A stretch of DNA of 64,000 nt, taken from NCBI GenBank assembly GCA_910586205.1, contig CAJUGD010000014.1, forward strand, positions 22,900 through 86,899, written 5' to 3'. Shown here one piece after another: positions 18,554-28,390 of this stretch. The DNA comes from an uncultured Lachnospiraceae bacterium (lineage in GTDB: Bacteria; Bacillota; Clostridia; Lachnospirales; Lachnospiraceae). Numbering within the stretch: the first letter of the stretch is position 1; every line of letters starts with the position of its first letter. The notes beneath the pieces are model-generated. The model ran no database searches, was not told the origin of the DNA, and saw nothing but the letters and a program-made list of their open reading frames with translations. A program made the translations under genes and the position numbers.

Positions 18554-19636
18554 GTGGTGAGCTTGGCGGAGTCAAACGGACAGGAGAAAACCGAGAAACC
18601 AACCAGTAAACGGCGGAAGGATGCCCGGAAGGAAGGCAATGTTTTCCAAAGTAAGGATGCCGTCACGGTGGTCATGCTGTTCGGTGTGTTTTATGTGCTC
18701 AAGCTGATGATTCCGCTCCTGTATGAGACCATACGGGACTGTATGGTTTATTTTTTTTCACAGGTAGGGAATCCGGACCCTTTTGGTTCCTCGCCTAATA
18801 TTTATGTATACATGTCAGTTGCGGCCATCAAGTGTGCCATGCCGGTGCTTTTGGCGTCCATGGCGCTGGGAATCATTTCCCATGGGGTCCAGACACGTTT
18901 TAATATAAGCTTTCAGGTGCTTCGGCCTAAATTCAGTAAGATGAATCCCATCAGCGGGATCAAGAAGATGTTCGGCATCAAAAAGCTGGTGGATCTGGCA
19001 AAAAACCTGATTAAGATCACTCTTCTGCTGGCTCTTTTGGTAAACCTTTTAAAGACAGATCTGATTGATATCTCCAAGATGCTGGACATGCGGCTTTTAC
19101 CGTCAGCCGCCAGGATGCTGGAGCTGGTGTTTGAGCTGGTGCTGAAGGTTGCTCTGGCTTTTGCAGTGGTAGCGTTCTTTGACTATCTCTATCAGAGATG
19201 GGATTATGAGAACAACTTAAAGATGACCAAGCAGGAAGTGAAGGATGAGTATAAGATGACAGAGGGGAATCCGGAGATCAAGGGAAGAATCCGGAAGCTC
19301 CAGCGTCAGATGGCTCTCAGCCGTATGATGCAGAAAGTTCCTGACGCGGATGTAATCATCAGGAACCCTACACACTTTGCAGTGGCATTAAAGTATGACC
19401 CTGACAGGCACGGTGCGCCTATGGTTCTTGCAAAGGGCCAGGATGAGCTGGCGCTTCGGATCGTGCGGGTAGGGGAAGAAAACGGAGTATTTATCATGGA
19501 GAATCGGCCTCTTGCCCGGGCGCTCTATGATTCCTGTGAGGTGGATCGGGAGATCCCGCCAGAGTTTTATGGGGCAGTGGCAGAGATTCTGGTATATATT
19601 TACCGGGAGAGCCACAGGGAGGATATGCTTCAGTAG
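18554..19636 (+). CDS. flhB: Flagellar export switch protein FlhB
   Basis: 360 aa. N-terminal ...QEKTEKPTSKRRKDARKEGNVFQSKD.... Autocleavage site NPTH in ...VIIRNPTHFAVALKY.... GTG start. Confidence 0.9.
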   Translation: MVSLAESNGQEKTEKPTSKRRKDARKEGNVFQSKDAVTVVMLFGVFYVLKLMIPLLYETIRDCMVYFFSQVGNPDPFGSSPNIYVYMSVAAIKCAMPVLLASMALGIISHGVQTRFNISFQVLRPKFSKMNPISGIKKMFGIKKLVDLAKNLIKITLLLALLVNLLKTDLIDISKMLDMRLLPSAARMLELVFELVLKVALAFAVVAFFDYLYQRWDYENNLKMTKQEVKDEYKMTEGNPEIKGRIRKLQRQMALSRMMQKVPDADVIIRNPTHFAVALKYDPDRHGAPMVLAKGQDELALRIVRVGEENGVFIMENRPLARALYDSCEVDREIPPEFYGAVAEILVYIYRESHREDMLQ

Positions 19637-19741
19637 TTTCGGCGCTTTTTCCGGCGCAGTCTTTGACAAGACCAACATATGCCATAATTGGTATCAGATG
19701 GGTAACAGCATCATATTTTATATGGATGGATGGAGTTTTTC

Positions 19742-21886
19742 ATGAAAAAGTTGTTGAGCTATTCGGTAGTATTGTTTGTACTTACCGTAATCTTATTATT
19801 GATTATTCCGCTGCCTGCGGCGCTGGTGGATGTGGCGATTATCCTGAATATGTCTCTTTCCATGATGATCCTGGTGACCACGATGACCATCCGGGAGCCG
19901 CTGGAGTTTTCTATATTTCCGTCACTGCTTTTGATTACCACCTTATTCCGGCTGGGAATCAATGTGTCTACTACCAGGAATATTCTGACCAACTCCGGAT
20001 CCTCAGGACAGATCATCAAAGCGTTTGGTGATTTTATCCTGCGGGGAAATGTAGTGGTCGGTATGATCATTTTCCTGATTATCGTGTTAATGCAGTTTAT
20101 CGTTATTACCAAGGGTGCGGAGCGTGTGTCTGAGGTTGCGGCAAGATTTACCTTAGACGCCATGCCTGGTAAGCAGATGGCCATTGATGCGGATCTAAAC
20201 TCAGGTCTTATCAATGAACAGCAGGCAAAGCTTAGGCGTGAGAAGATTCAAAGGGAAGCAGATTTCTATGGTTCCATGGACGGTGCTACCAAGATCGTTA
20301 AGGGCGATTCAGTTATGTCCTTGATTACAACGGCCATTAACCTGATTGGGGGAAGTATTATTGGTATTATCCAGTCAGGAGACAGTATTGGCAATGTGCT
20401 CAGCACCTACTCCATTGCTACAGTAGGTGACGGCCTTGTGGGACAGATTCCTTCTCTTTTGATCTCTACGGCTACCGGCATGATCGTAACCAGGGCAGTC
20501 TCAGAGGGAAGTCTGAATGAGGATGTTTCCAAGCAGTTTATGGCACAGCCTACTGCGATTATGATCAGCGGCGTTGTGGTCGGGGTGCTGACCGTGATTC
20601 CGGGGATGCCGGTGATTCAGCTCATGATCATTTCCTTAGGGCTGATCGGGGGCGGATTTTATCTGTCGCGCCGGATTAAAGCGGAGCCGGGGCTTGCCAT
20701 GGCCGGGGCCTTTGGGGGCATCGCTGCTCCGGGGGCAGAGCCGGAGGGCTTAGAGCCGGCTCCCGCTGAGGAAGCTCCTCCGCCGGTCAGCGAGGAGGAA
20801 TATTTCAAGGATGTGAATAATGTCTATACCTTGCTGACAGTAGAGGCCATTGAGATGGAGTTTGGATACAGCCTGATTCCTCTGGTGGATGAATCGGTGG
20901 GAGGACGGCTGATTAACCGGATTATTATTTTCCGGCGTCAGTATGCCCAGGATATGGGATTTGTCATTCCGTCTATCCGGCTGCGGGACAGCTCGGGATT
21001 AAATACGAATCAATATTGTATTAAGATTAAAGGTGAGGAGGTGGCTAAGGGCGAGATTCTGGTGGACTATTTCCTGGCTTTGGAGCCGGAGAATCCGGAA
21101 AAAGAGATTGACGGTATTGAAACCATTGAACCGGCTTACGGGATTCCCAGCCGGTGGATACGTCCCGAGGACAGGGAACTGGCAGAGATCTACGGCTATA
21201 CGGTCATTGACCCTTTGTCTGTATTGGTGACGCATTTATCGGAGGTGGTAAAGCAGCATGCCCATGAGCTGATTACCCGTCAGGAAGTGATGCACTTAGT
21301 GGAGAACACCAAGAAGGTTTCTCCGGAACTGATAGAAGAAGCATTTCCGAATCTGATCAGTTACAGTCTGTTCCAGAAGATTTTGACCAGCCTTTTGAAA
21401 GAGGGTGTGCCAATTAAGGATCTGGAGACCATATTGGAGACTATGATTGAGACCATTTCCGATACAGGGCTTCCGGTGAAGGATGTGGACGGCATGATTG
21501 AGAATATTCGAGCCGCCTTAAAGCGCACGATTACCAGAATGTACTGTGAGGACGGCAGCATGAAGGTGATTACACTGGATGCGGAGCTGGAGAGGACGAT
21601 GGTGGGATGTCTGTCTAAAGGAGAGAGAGGGTATTACCTTGCTTTAAGCCCGGATATCCTTCAGAGCCTTATCAATCAGGTGACGGTTCAGCTTAAAAAG
21701 TTCAGCGGATTTTCTCAAAGTCCCGTGATTTTGACTTCACAGGTAATGCGGGTGCATTTTTACCGGCTGATCGATCAGTTTTATCCCAATGTGCGGGTGC
21801 TGTCTTTTAATGAGATATCCAACAATGTACAGATTCAGTCAATCGGCAGTCTGACTCTTGACAATACAGGAAGGAAGGGCGCTTGA
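19742..21886 (+). CDS. flhA: Flagellar export gate protein FlhA
   Basis: About 714 aa. ...FPSLLLITTLFRLGINVSTTRNIL..., ...AARFTLDAMPGKQMAIDADLN..., and a conserved cytoplasmic C-domain. ATG 19742 preferred over 19730. Confidence 0.95.
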   Translation: MKKLLSYSVVLFVLTVILLLIIPLPAALVDVAIILNMSLSMMILVTTMTIREPLEFSIFPSLLLITTLFRLGINVSTTRNILTNSGSSGQIIKAFGDFILRGNVVVGMIIFLIIVLMQFIVITKGAERVSEVAARFTLDAMPGKQMAIDADLNSGLINEQQAKLRREKIQREADFYGSMDGATKIVKGDSVMSLITTAINLIGGSIIGIIQSGDSIGNVLSTYSIATVGDGLVGQIPSLLISTATGMIVTRAVSEGSLNEDVSKQFMAQPTAIMISGVVVGVLTVIPGMPVIQLMIISLGLIGGGFYLSRRIKAEPGLAMAGAFGGIAAPGAEPEGLEPAPAEEAPPPVSEEEYFKDVNNVYTLLTVEAIEMEFGYSLIPLVDESVGGRLINRIIIFRRQYAQDMGFVIPSIRLRDSSGLNTNQYCIKIKGEEVAKGEILVDYFLALEPENPEKEIDGIETIEPAYGIPSRWIRPEDRELAEIYGYTVIDPLSVLVTHLSEVVKQHAHELITRQEVMHLVENTKKVSPELIEEAFPNLISYSLFQKILTSLLKEGVPIKDLETILETMIETISDTGLPVKDVDGMIENIRAALKRTITRMYCEDGSMKVITLDAELERTMVGCLSKGERGYYLALSPDILQSLINQVTVQLKKFSGFSQSPVILTSQVMRVHFYRLIDQFYPNVRVLSFNEISNNVQIQSIGSLTLDNTGRKGA

Positions 21887-21962
21887 TCCGGTACGGTTTA
21901 AGGCATGGAAATGCAGCGGGGTTATTTTGGAAGAATCGTGAAAGAAAAGGGGGTGAGGCAGG

Positions 21963-22736
21963 ATGCCGCCGGCAGATTATTTAGAAGATAAAACCAATGA
22001 GGAGCTGCTGGAGATGTACCGGCAGGAGGGAAAGCTGGAAGTAAAGCAGGCTCTTGCCCTCCGCCATCTTTATATCGTAAAAACCATTGCCATGCAGATG
22101 CGTAATATCTATGCCGGAACCCTTCAGATGGAAGATATTATCAATGAAGGCGTTATTGCGATCATGAAAGGTATTGACAGATATGACCCGGAGCGCGATA
22201 ATAAGTTTGAGACCTTTATATCCCGGAGAATACGGGGGATGATCATTGACCTGGTCCGCAAGAATGACTGGATGCCAAGGGACTTCCGCAAGCAGGTGAA
22301 GGCAATGGATGAGGCCAGGACGGCTTTAGACCGGAGCTTAGGCTATGCCCCGTCGGACGAGGAGACGGCAGAGTATATGGGAATGGATGTGCGCAAGTTT
22401 AAGAAGCTTCAGCGCATGAGCGTTATGATGAATGTGCTTTCACTGGATATGATTACAGACGATGAGGGAGAACATCAGTCTCTGCAGCTTTCCAGCGGCG
22501 ATCCGGATTCCCAGCCAGAGAAGGCTTTTCTTAAAGAGGAGTCCCGCCAGGTTTTGGCGGAGGCGGTTAACAGCTTAAAAGAAAAGGAAAAAATGGTGAT
22601 TTCCCTTTATTATGTGGAGGAGCTGAATATGGGACAGATTGCTCATATCTTAAATGTGAGCGAACCCAGGATCTCTCAGATTCACAGTGCAGCCATACGG
22701 AAGCTGAAAGCTTATATGAGCGGCTACATGACATAG
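21963..22736 (+). CDS. fliA: Flagellar sigma factor (sigma-28, FliA/SigD family)
   Basis: 257 aa. Regions 2 (...DIINEGVIAIMKGIDRYDP...FETFISRRIRGMIID...) and 4 (...LYYVEELNMGQIAHILNVSEPRISQIHSAAIRKL...). Lies at the end of the export-gene block. Confidence 0.85.
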   Translation: MPPADYLEDKTNEELLEMYRQEGKLEVKQALALRHLYIVKTIAMQMRNIYAGTLQMEDIINEGVIAIMKGIDRYDPERDNKFETFISRRIRGMIIDLVRKNDWMPRDFRKQVKAMDEARTALDRSLGYAPSDEETAEYMGMDVRKFKKLQRMSVMMNVLSLDMITDDEGEHQSLQLSSGDPDSQPEKAFLKEESRQVLAEAVNSLKEKEKMVISLYYVEELNMGQIAHILNVSEPRISQIHSAAIRKLKAYMSGYMT

Positions 22737-22881
22737 ACGGCAGTGATTCACTGTCTGCAGATACATAACAGGCAAAGAACAAAGAAAAGGCGGCAGAGTT
22801 GTGAGAGAATGCGGCTGTCAGCGGGCCGTCAAAAACAGCATCATAGGAACAGGGCGGATACGCCGAAAGGAGGAGATGGGC

Positions 22882-23676
22882 ATGTATCAGGGTTTTTATA
22901 ATCTGACATCCGGTATGCTGACCCAAAGCAGGAATTTAAATGTAATCAGTAACAATATGGTAAACATCCAGACTCCTGGTTATAAGAGGGATAAGATGGT
23001 CAGCACCACATTTCAGGAGGAGATGCTTTACCGGACGGGTAAGCGCTATAAGGAGGATCCGGAGCCTCTTGCCACCACATCCAAGATTCGGGCAGCAGAG
23101 AGGACCTATGTGAATCATGAGCAGGGCGGCTTTGATTTGACAGACGGGATTTTTGACTTTGCCTTGGGGGATAAAGGATATTTCTGCATTGACACCCCGG
23201 CAGGGGTTCGTTATACCCGCAATGGTTCTTTTTTTGTAGATGATGAGGGGTATCTTTCTCTCAACGGACAGGGAAGGGTTCAGGGAACAGACGGACAGCC
23301 GATCCGGATTGACAATGAGAATTTTACGGTAGACGGCAGAGGCAATATCAGTGTAGTGGAGACCAGCGGCGGCGGAACAGAGGATGCGGAAGTTACCACG
23401 GAAGTGCGCCAGATGGGTACTCTGCGGGTCGTGGATTTTGAGGACTATGAGCAACTCCACAAGGAGGATTATGGAATGTTTTCCACCAATCAGGAGCCCC
23501 AGGAGGCAGAGTCTCCTTCTGTTATGTGGAAGATGGTGGAGAAGTCAAATGTGGACATGGTAGAGGAGATGGTTTCCATGATGACGTCTCAGAGGGCTTT
23601 GCAGAGCGCTGCCCAGGTGCTCAAGATGTATGACCAGATCTTAAGCAAGGCTGTCACGGATGTGGGAAGATTGTAA
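22882..23676 (+). CDS. Flagellar basal-body rod protein (FlgF/FlgG family)
   Basis: MYQGFYNLTSGMLTQSRNLNVISNNMVNIQTPGYK N-terminus. C-terminal ...SNVDMVEEMVSMMTSQRALQSAAQVLKMYDQIL.... ATG 22882 follows RBS AAAGGAGGAG. Confidence 0.8.
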   Translation: MYQGFYNLTSGMLTQSRNLNVISNNMVNIQTPGYKRDKMVSTTFQEEMLYRTGKRYKEDPEPLATTSKIRAAERTYVNHEQGGFDLTDGIFDFALGDKGYFCIDTPAGVRYTRNGSFFVDDEGYLSLNGQGRVQGTDGQPIRIDNENFTVDGRGNISVVETSGGGTEDAEVTTEVRQMGTLRVVDFEDYEQLHKEDYGMFSTNQEPQEAESPSVMWKMVEKSNVDMVEEMVSMMTSQRALQSAAQVLKMYDQILSKAVTDVGRL

Positions 23677-23692
23677 GGGAGGTAGGAGATTT

Positions 23693-24484
<792 letters not shown>

Positions 24485-24518
24485 CACACCGGAATAAATA
24501 GGAGGTCACAGGGGAGCT

Positions 24519-25139
24519 ATGAAACTGAAAAGCTATGAGGATATGAATCTACTGGAATTGGACGTAATGAAGGAAATCAGCAGCATCGGCACCAGCCATG
24601 CCGCTACCTCTCTTTCTAAGCTTCTGCAGAAGGAAGTTCGAATTTCCATACCAGAGGTAAGCGTTCTGGGATATGATGAGACCGTGAACCGGATCGGAGA
24701 CATAGAGGAGCTGGTGGCTGCTACCTTAGTGCAGATGTCTAATGAGGTAAACGGATTGATGTTATTTATCTTTAAGCTGGATTTGGCGAATGTGGTTTTG
24801 GAGAAGCTGATCGGCACCCGGTATGAATCCTTTGAACAGTTGGATGAGCTGGCTTATTCGGCTTTGGAGGAGATCGGAAACATTATTATCTGTTCCTATG
24901 TCAATGCCTTTACCCAGTTGGTAGGGGTAGAGATTGACCTGTCAGTTCCCAGTTCTACCCTTAATATGCTGGGCGGGATTTTGACGGTTCCCATTGCAGA
25001 ATATGGTTATGAGACCGATAAGCTGATGTACATTAATGCAGAATTTATTATAGACGGTAAAAAGCTGTCTGATGGATTATTGATGCTGCCGGACATTGCG
25101 TCCCTTAACGGTATTTTAGAGAGATTAGGAGTTATATAA
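24519..25139 (+). CDS. cheC: Chemotaxis phosphatase CheC
   Basis: 206 aa. Duplicated CheC motif (...LDVMKEISSIGTSHAATSLSKLL... and ...YSALEEIGNIIICSYVNAF...). Directly precedes cheD. Confidence 0.8.
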   Translation: MKLKSYEDMNLLELDVMKEISSIGTSHAATSLSKLLQKEVRISIPEVSVLGYDETVNRIGDIEELVAATLVQMSNEVNGLMLFIFKLDLANVVLEKLIGTRYESFEQLDELAYSALEEIGNIIICSYVNAFTQLVGVEIDLSVPSSTLNMLGGILTVPIAEYGYETDKLMYINAEFIIDGKKLSDGLLMLPDIASLNGILERLGVI

Positions 25140-25624
25140 TGGCGGAGAGGGATATAAAAGTGGGAATCGGTGACATGAAGTTCACCAGAGGAGGCGGTAC
25201 CATCATTACTTATGCCCTCGGCTCCTGCATTGGAATCACATTTTATGATCCGGCGATTAAGCTGGGCGGCCTGCTGCACATTATGCTGCCGAACCGGAGC
25301 GATCCCAATGATCCGAAGATTTATAAATATGCAGACAGCGGAATCCGGGAGATGGTTCGTAAGCTTTCTGCTTTTGGTATGGTTAAGAGCAGAACGGTTG
25401 TGAAGATCGCAGGAGGGGCTAAGATGTTCGATATTAAGGGCAACACGGATTTCGGTAATATCGGACAGAGAAATGCAGCTATGGTAAAAAAGATTTTGAT
25501 GGAAGAACGGATGCGTATCACATCAGAGGACACCGGAGGAGCTTATGCCCGTACCATGCTTTTGAACGTGGACAACGGGGATGTGGTGATCCGTACAGTA
25601 GGAAGGCCGGAGAAGCATCTGTAG
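25139..25624 (+). CDS. cheD: Chemoreceptor glutamine deamidase CheD
   Basis: 161 aa. ...ITYALGSCIGITFYDPAIKLGGLLHIMLP... with the catalytic Cys/His context. TAATG overlap with cheC. Confidence 0.9.
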   Translation: MAERDIKVGIGDMKFTRGGGTIITYALGSCIGITFYDPAIKLGGLLHIMLPNRSDPNDPKIYKYADSGIREMVRKLSAFGMVKSRTVVKIAGGAKMFDIKGNTDFGNIGQRNAAMVKKILMEERMRITSEDTGGAYARTMLLNVDNGDVVIRTVGRPEKHL

Positions 25625-25754
25625 AAATATTGGAGATCTGTCTGAGGATGGGGAATGCTGGTCAGACAGGAAGATGTTATTGTGTGAATGTGGTAACTCT
25701 GCAGGGCTGGGAGTTAAAAAGACGCCCGGCGCTGTGGCATAGAGAGAGGAGAGT

Positions 25755-26702
25755 GTGAAGGTGGAGAAAGGAAAAGAGGGAATCCTGCTGGAGTCGGGGA
25801 CAAACGAGATTGAGATTATGAAATTCACGATCCAGGGGGAATTCTACGGAATCAATGTGGCAAAGGTGAAGGAAATCATGATGGCAGAGAAAGTGAAGGC
25901 CATGCCTCATGCTCATCCGGCAGTGGAAGGGATCTTTAAACCCAGGGATACTTTGATTACGGTCATTGACCTTGGTTTTTATCTGACTGATGAGTGTCTG
26001 GAGCATAAGCCCAGGGACCTGTTTATTGTGACCAACTTCAACAAGATGACAGTGGCGTTCCGCGTTCAGAGTATTGAGGGAATCAGCCGGATCTCCTGGA
26101 ATGATATCCAGAAGCCGGATAAGACCTTAAGCCATGGCGAGGAAGGGGTAGCTACGGGAATCGCCCAGTGTGCAGGAGAGCTGGTGACGATCCTTGATTT
26201 TGAGAAGATTGTGGCGGAGATTGCACCGGAGACAACCATTCAGCTTTCCGAGGTAGATCAGATGGGCGACAGACCGATCTGCTCTAATCCGCTGGTGATT
26301 GCAGAGGATTCTATTCTGCTGCAGAAGATGATTGACGAGGCTCTGGAACGGGCTGGCTTTACCAATGTGAAGAACTTTAACAACGGTCAGGAGGCGTGGG
26401 ATTATCTGGATTCTATCAAGGGAGATTCGGATCTGTACGAAAAGGTGAATCTGATCATTACGGATATTGAGATGCCTAAGATGGATGGACACAGGCTGAC
26501 CAAGTTAGTAAAGGATGACCCAAGACTTAAGTGCTTGCCGGTAGTGATTTTCTCGTCACTGATTGATGATCAGATGCGGGTCAAGGGACAGGCTTTGGGT
26601 GCGGATGAGCAGCTTACAAAGCCTGAGATTGGGAATTTGGTTCATGTAATTGACAAACTGCTGGAACGGTTTGAGACGACTGTGAGCAGAAACGGGATGT
26701 AA
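25755..26702 (+). CDS. cheV: Chemotaxis coupling protein CheV (CheW domain plus receiver domain)
   Basis: 315 aa. N-terminal CheW-like region (...EIEIMKFTIQGEFYGINVAKVKEIM...). C-terminal receiver (...VIAEDSILLQKMI...IITDIEMPKMDG...). GTG start behind RBS AGAGGAGAG. Confidence 0.85.
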   Translation: MKVEKGKEGILLESGTNEIEIMKFTIQGEFYGINVAKVKEIMMAEKVKAMPHAHPAVEGIFKPRDTLITVIDLGFYLTDECLEHKPRDLFIVTNFNKMTVAFRVQSIEGISRISWNDIQKPDKTLSHGEEGVATGIAQCAGELVTILDFEKIVAEIAPETTIQLSEVDQMGDRPICSNPLVIAEDSILLQKMIDEALERAGFTNVKNFNNGQEAWDYLDSIKGDSDLYEKVNLIITDIEMPKMDGHRLTKLVKDDPRLKCLPVVIFSSLIDDQMRVKGQALGADEQLTKPEIGNLVHVIDKLLERFETTVSRNGM

Positions 26703-26878
26703 TAAAATAGCTGCAGAAGAAACGGCAGATATAAAAAGCCAGGTTTTTTGCAGAATCGGGGACGAGATGAGTATGCTGGTACAGCCTGGCACGATTTGTG
26801 CGGGGCTGTGCCAGAATGTTTTTTATAGGGAAGATTAAAAATTAAGGAAGATTCATATCAGGAAGGGAGGCTGAGACA

Positions 26879-27817
26879 TTGAAGAAAAAAGCAGCAGCGC
26901 TGGCATGCAGCCTTGTGCTGGCAGCCGCCGGATCATTCTGCGGGATGGCAGGGGAATGGGAGCGGTCAGAAGACGGAAAGTATTGGACCTATTGTGATTC
27001 TCCGGGGAATCCCAGGGAGGATGAGTGGATAGAGGATAACGGGAAGATCTACTATGTGGACAGTAAGGGAAGGATGAAGACCGGCTGGGTCACAGATGAA
27101 GACAGCGGCAATAAGTATTATATGGGGGAGGATGGGGCTATGTGTTTTAATACCTTTACCAAGGACGACCGTTATGTGGGACCGGACGGACTGCGGGTAG
27201 AGGCTTATGACACGTATCGGAAGGCTGTGAAGTCGGAGATTAAGAAGGCAGGCAAGAAGAAAACGAAAAGTACAAAAAAAATATCTCAGACAAACACAGG
27301 ACAAGGAGAAGATGTGAGTCAATCGTATTTCCTTTTGACGGATCTGAATCTGGACGGGTATCGGGATCTGGTGATGATGGAAGGAACCGAGGAGAGAAAG
27401 AGCCTGGTAGAAGTGGCCATATGGGATGCGGAGGAAGAAAAGTTTCTTCTTTCTGCAGAGTTTGATGAGCCGGAGGAGGGGATGGCTGTCAGCACCTTGT
27501 ATCAGGATCCTTTGGGAGATACAGTCTGGCTGGAGATGGTGGAGCCAAACGGAGATTTGTATTTATTTCAGATGGAAGATCAGGAAGCCAGGCTTAAGAG
27601 CATGTGGAGCTTTGAGATGGAGCTGGATGACTGGGGAGGGCCGGAGTACCGGGTCAACGGGGTTTTGCAGGATAAAGATGAGTGGGATTATGAGCTGGCC
27701 GAGGCAAGGAGGAGCCGCGGGGAGAATGTTCTTGGAGGATATCTTCCGGCAACAGAGGAGAATATAAAGGCCCAGGTGGACAAAGTTTTGACAGAGGAGG
27801 AATTGGAGATGTGGTAG
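26879..27817 (+). CDS. Secreted protein or lipoprotein with cell-wall-binding (choline-binding-like) repeats
   Basis: TTG start behind RBS GGAAGGGAGG. Signal peptide MKKKAAALACSLVLAAAGSFCG. Repeats of the type GKIYYVDSKGRMKTGWV / NKYYMGEDGAM. Confidence 0.6.
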   Translation: MKKKAAALACSLVLAAAGSFCGMAGEWERSEDGKYWTYCDSPGNPREDEWIEDNGKIYYVDSKGRMKTGWVTDEDSGNKYYMGEDGAMCFNTFTKDDRYVGPDGLRVEAYDTYRKAVKSEIKKAGKKKTKSTKKISQTNTGQGEDVSQSYFLLTDLNLDGYRDLVMMEGTEERKSLVEVAIWDAEEEKFLLSAEFDEPEEGMAVSTLYQDPLGDTVWLEMVEPNGDLYLFQMEDQEARLKSMWSFEMELDDWGGPEYRVNGVLQDKDEWDYELAEARRSRGENVLGGYLPATEENIKAQVDKVLTEEELEMW

Positions 27818-27823
27818 GGATAT

Positions 27824-27865
27824 GCGGCTTTAGACGGAGAATGGACTGTCTAAGGCCGCTTTTTC
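27824..27865 (+). terminator. Rho-independent terminator
   Basis: 12-bp stem GCGGCTTTAGAC/GTCTAAGGCCGC (one G-U pair) followed by TTTTT. Confidence 0.7.
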
Positions 27866-27952
27866 CTTAAAATAACAGAAAGGCCATCTTCTGATATTTA
27901 AGCGGAGTTGGTCAGGCAGCAAAAAAGAATCGTGAGAAGGGATGGGAAATAG

Positions 27953-28390
27953 ATGAGGCTTAGAGTAAATGTAAAGGCTTTGGGGAAAAGGAAGCAGGGG
28001 GTGGAGGAGATAGGCTGTGAGGTTAAGGGGTGTCCGAAGACGGTGAGGGAATTGATTCTGGGGGTGGTGGATGTTCAGGTGGAGGAGTATAACAAGAGAG
28101 TCGAACTGGCTCAGAACTGTGGGGTGAATGAGGTTTTGGCCTGTCTGACCAGAGAGGAGATTGACGAGAAGGCCCAAGGGGGAAAGATTGGGTTTGGAGT
28201 GAATTATGGGGGGAAGAAGGCAGATGCACAGAAGGCCGGGGAAAATGCCGTTCAGTGTTTTGAGGATGGAATTTACCGTGTTTTTATGGATGGACGGGGG
28301 CTTGAGAGCTTAGACGAGGCGATTGCCGTGTCAGAGGAGAGTGTATTTACGTTTGTCAGACTGACTATGCTGACAGGAAGGATGTGGTGA
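27953..28390 (+). CDS. Hypothetical 145-aa protein, translationally coupled to the giant downstream ORF
   Basis: Intact ORF with no family recognised. Its stop codon TGA (28388-28390) overlaps the GTG (28384) and precedes the ATG (28393) of the next gene. Confidence 0.55.
   Translation: MRLRVNVKALGKRKQGVEEIGCEVKGCPKTVRELILGVVDVQVEEYNKRVELAQNCGVNEVLACLTREEIDEKAQGGKIGFGVNYGGKKADAQKAGENAVQCFEDGIYRVFMDGRGLESLDEAIAVSEESVFTFVRLTMLTGRMW

Noticed and set aside
17959-18675. 238-aa minus-strand ORF
   Set aside because: It is antisense to fliR/flhB. It is His/Arg/Cys/Lys-rich with no motifs. It is a shadow ORF.
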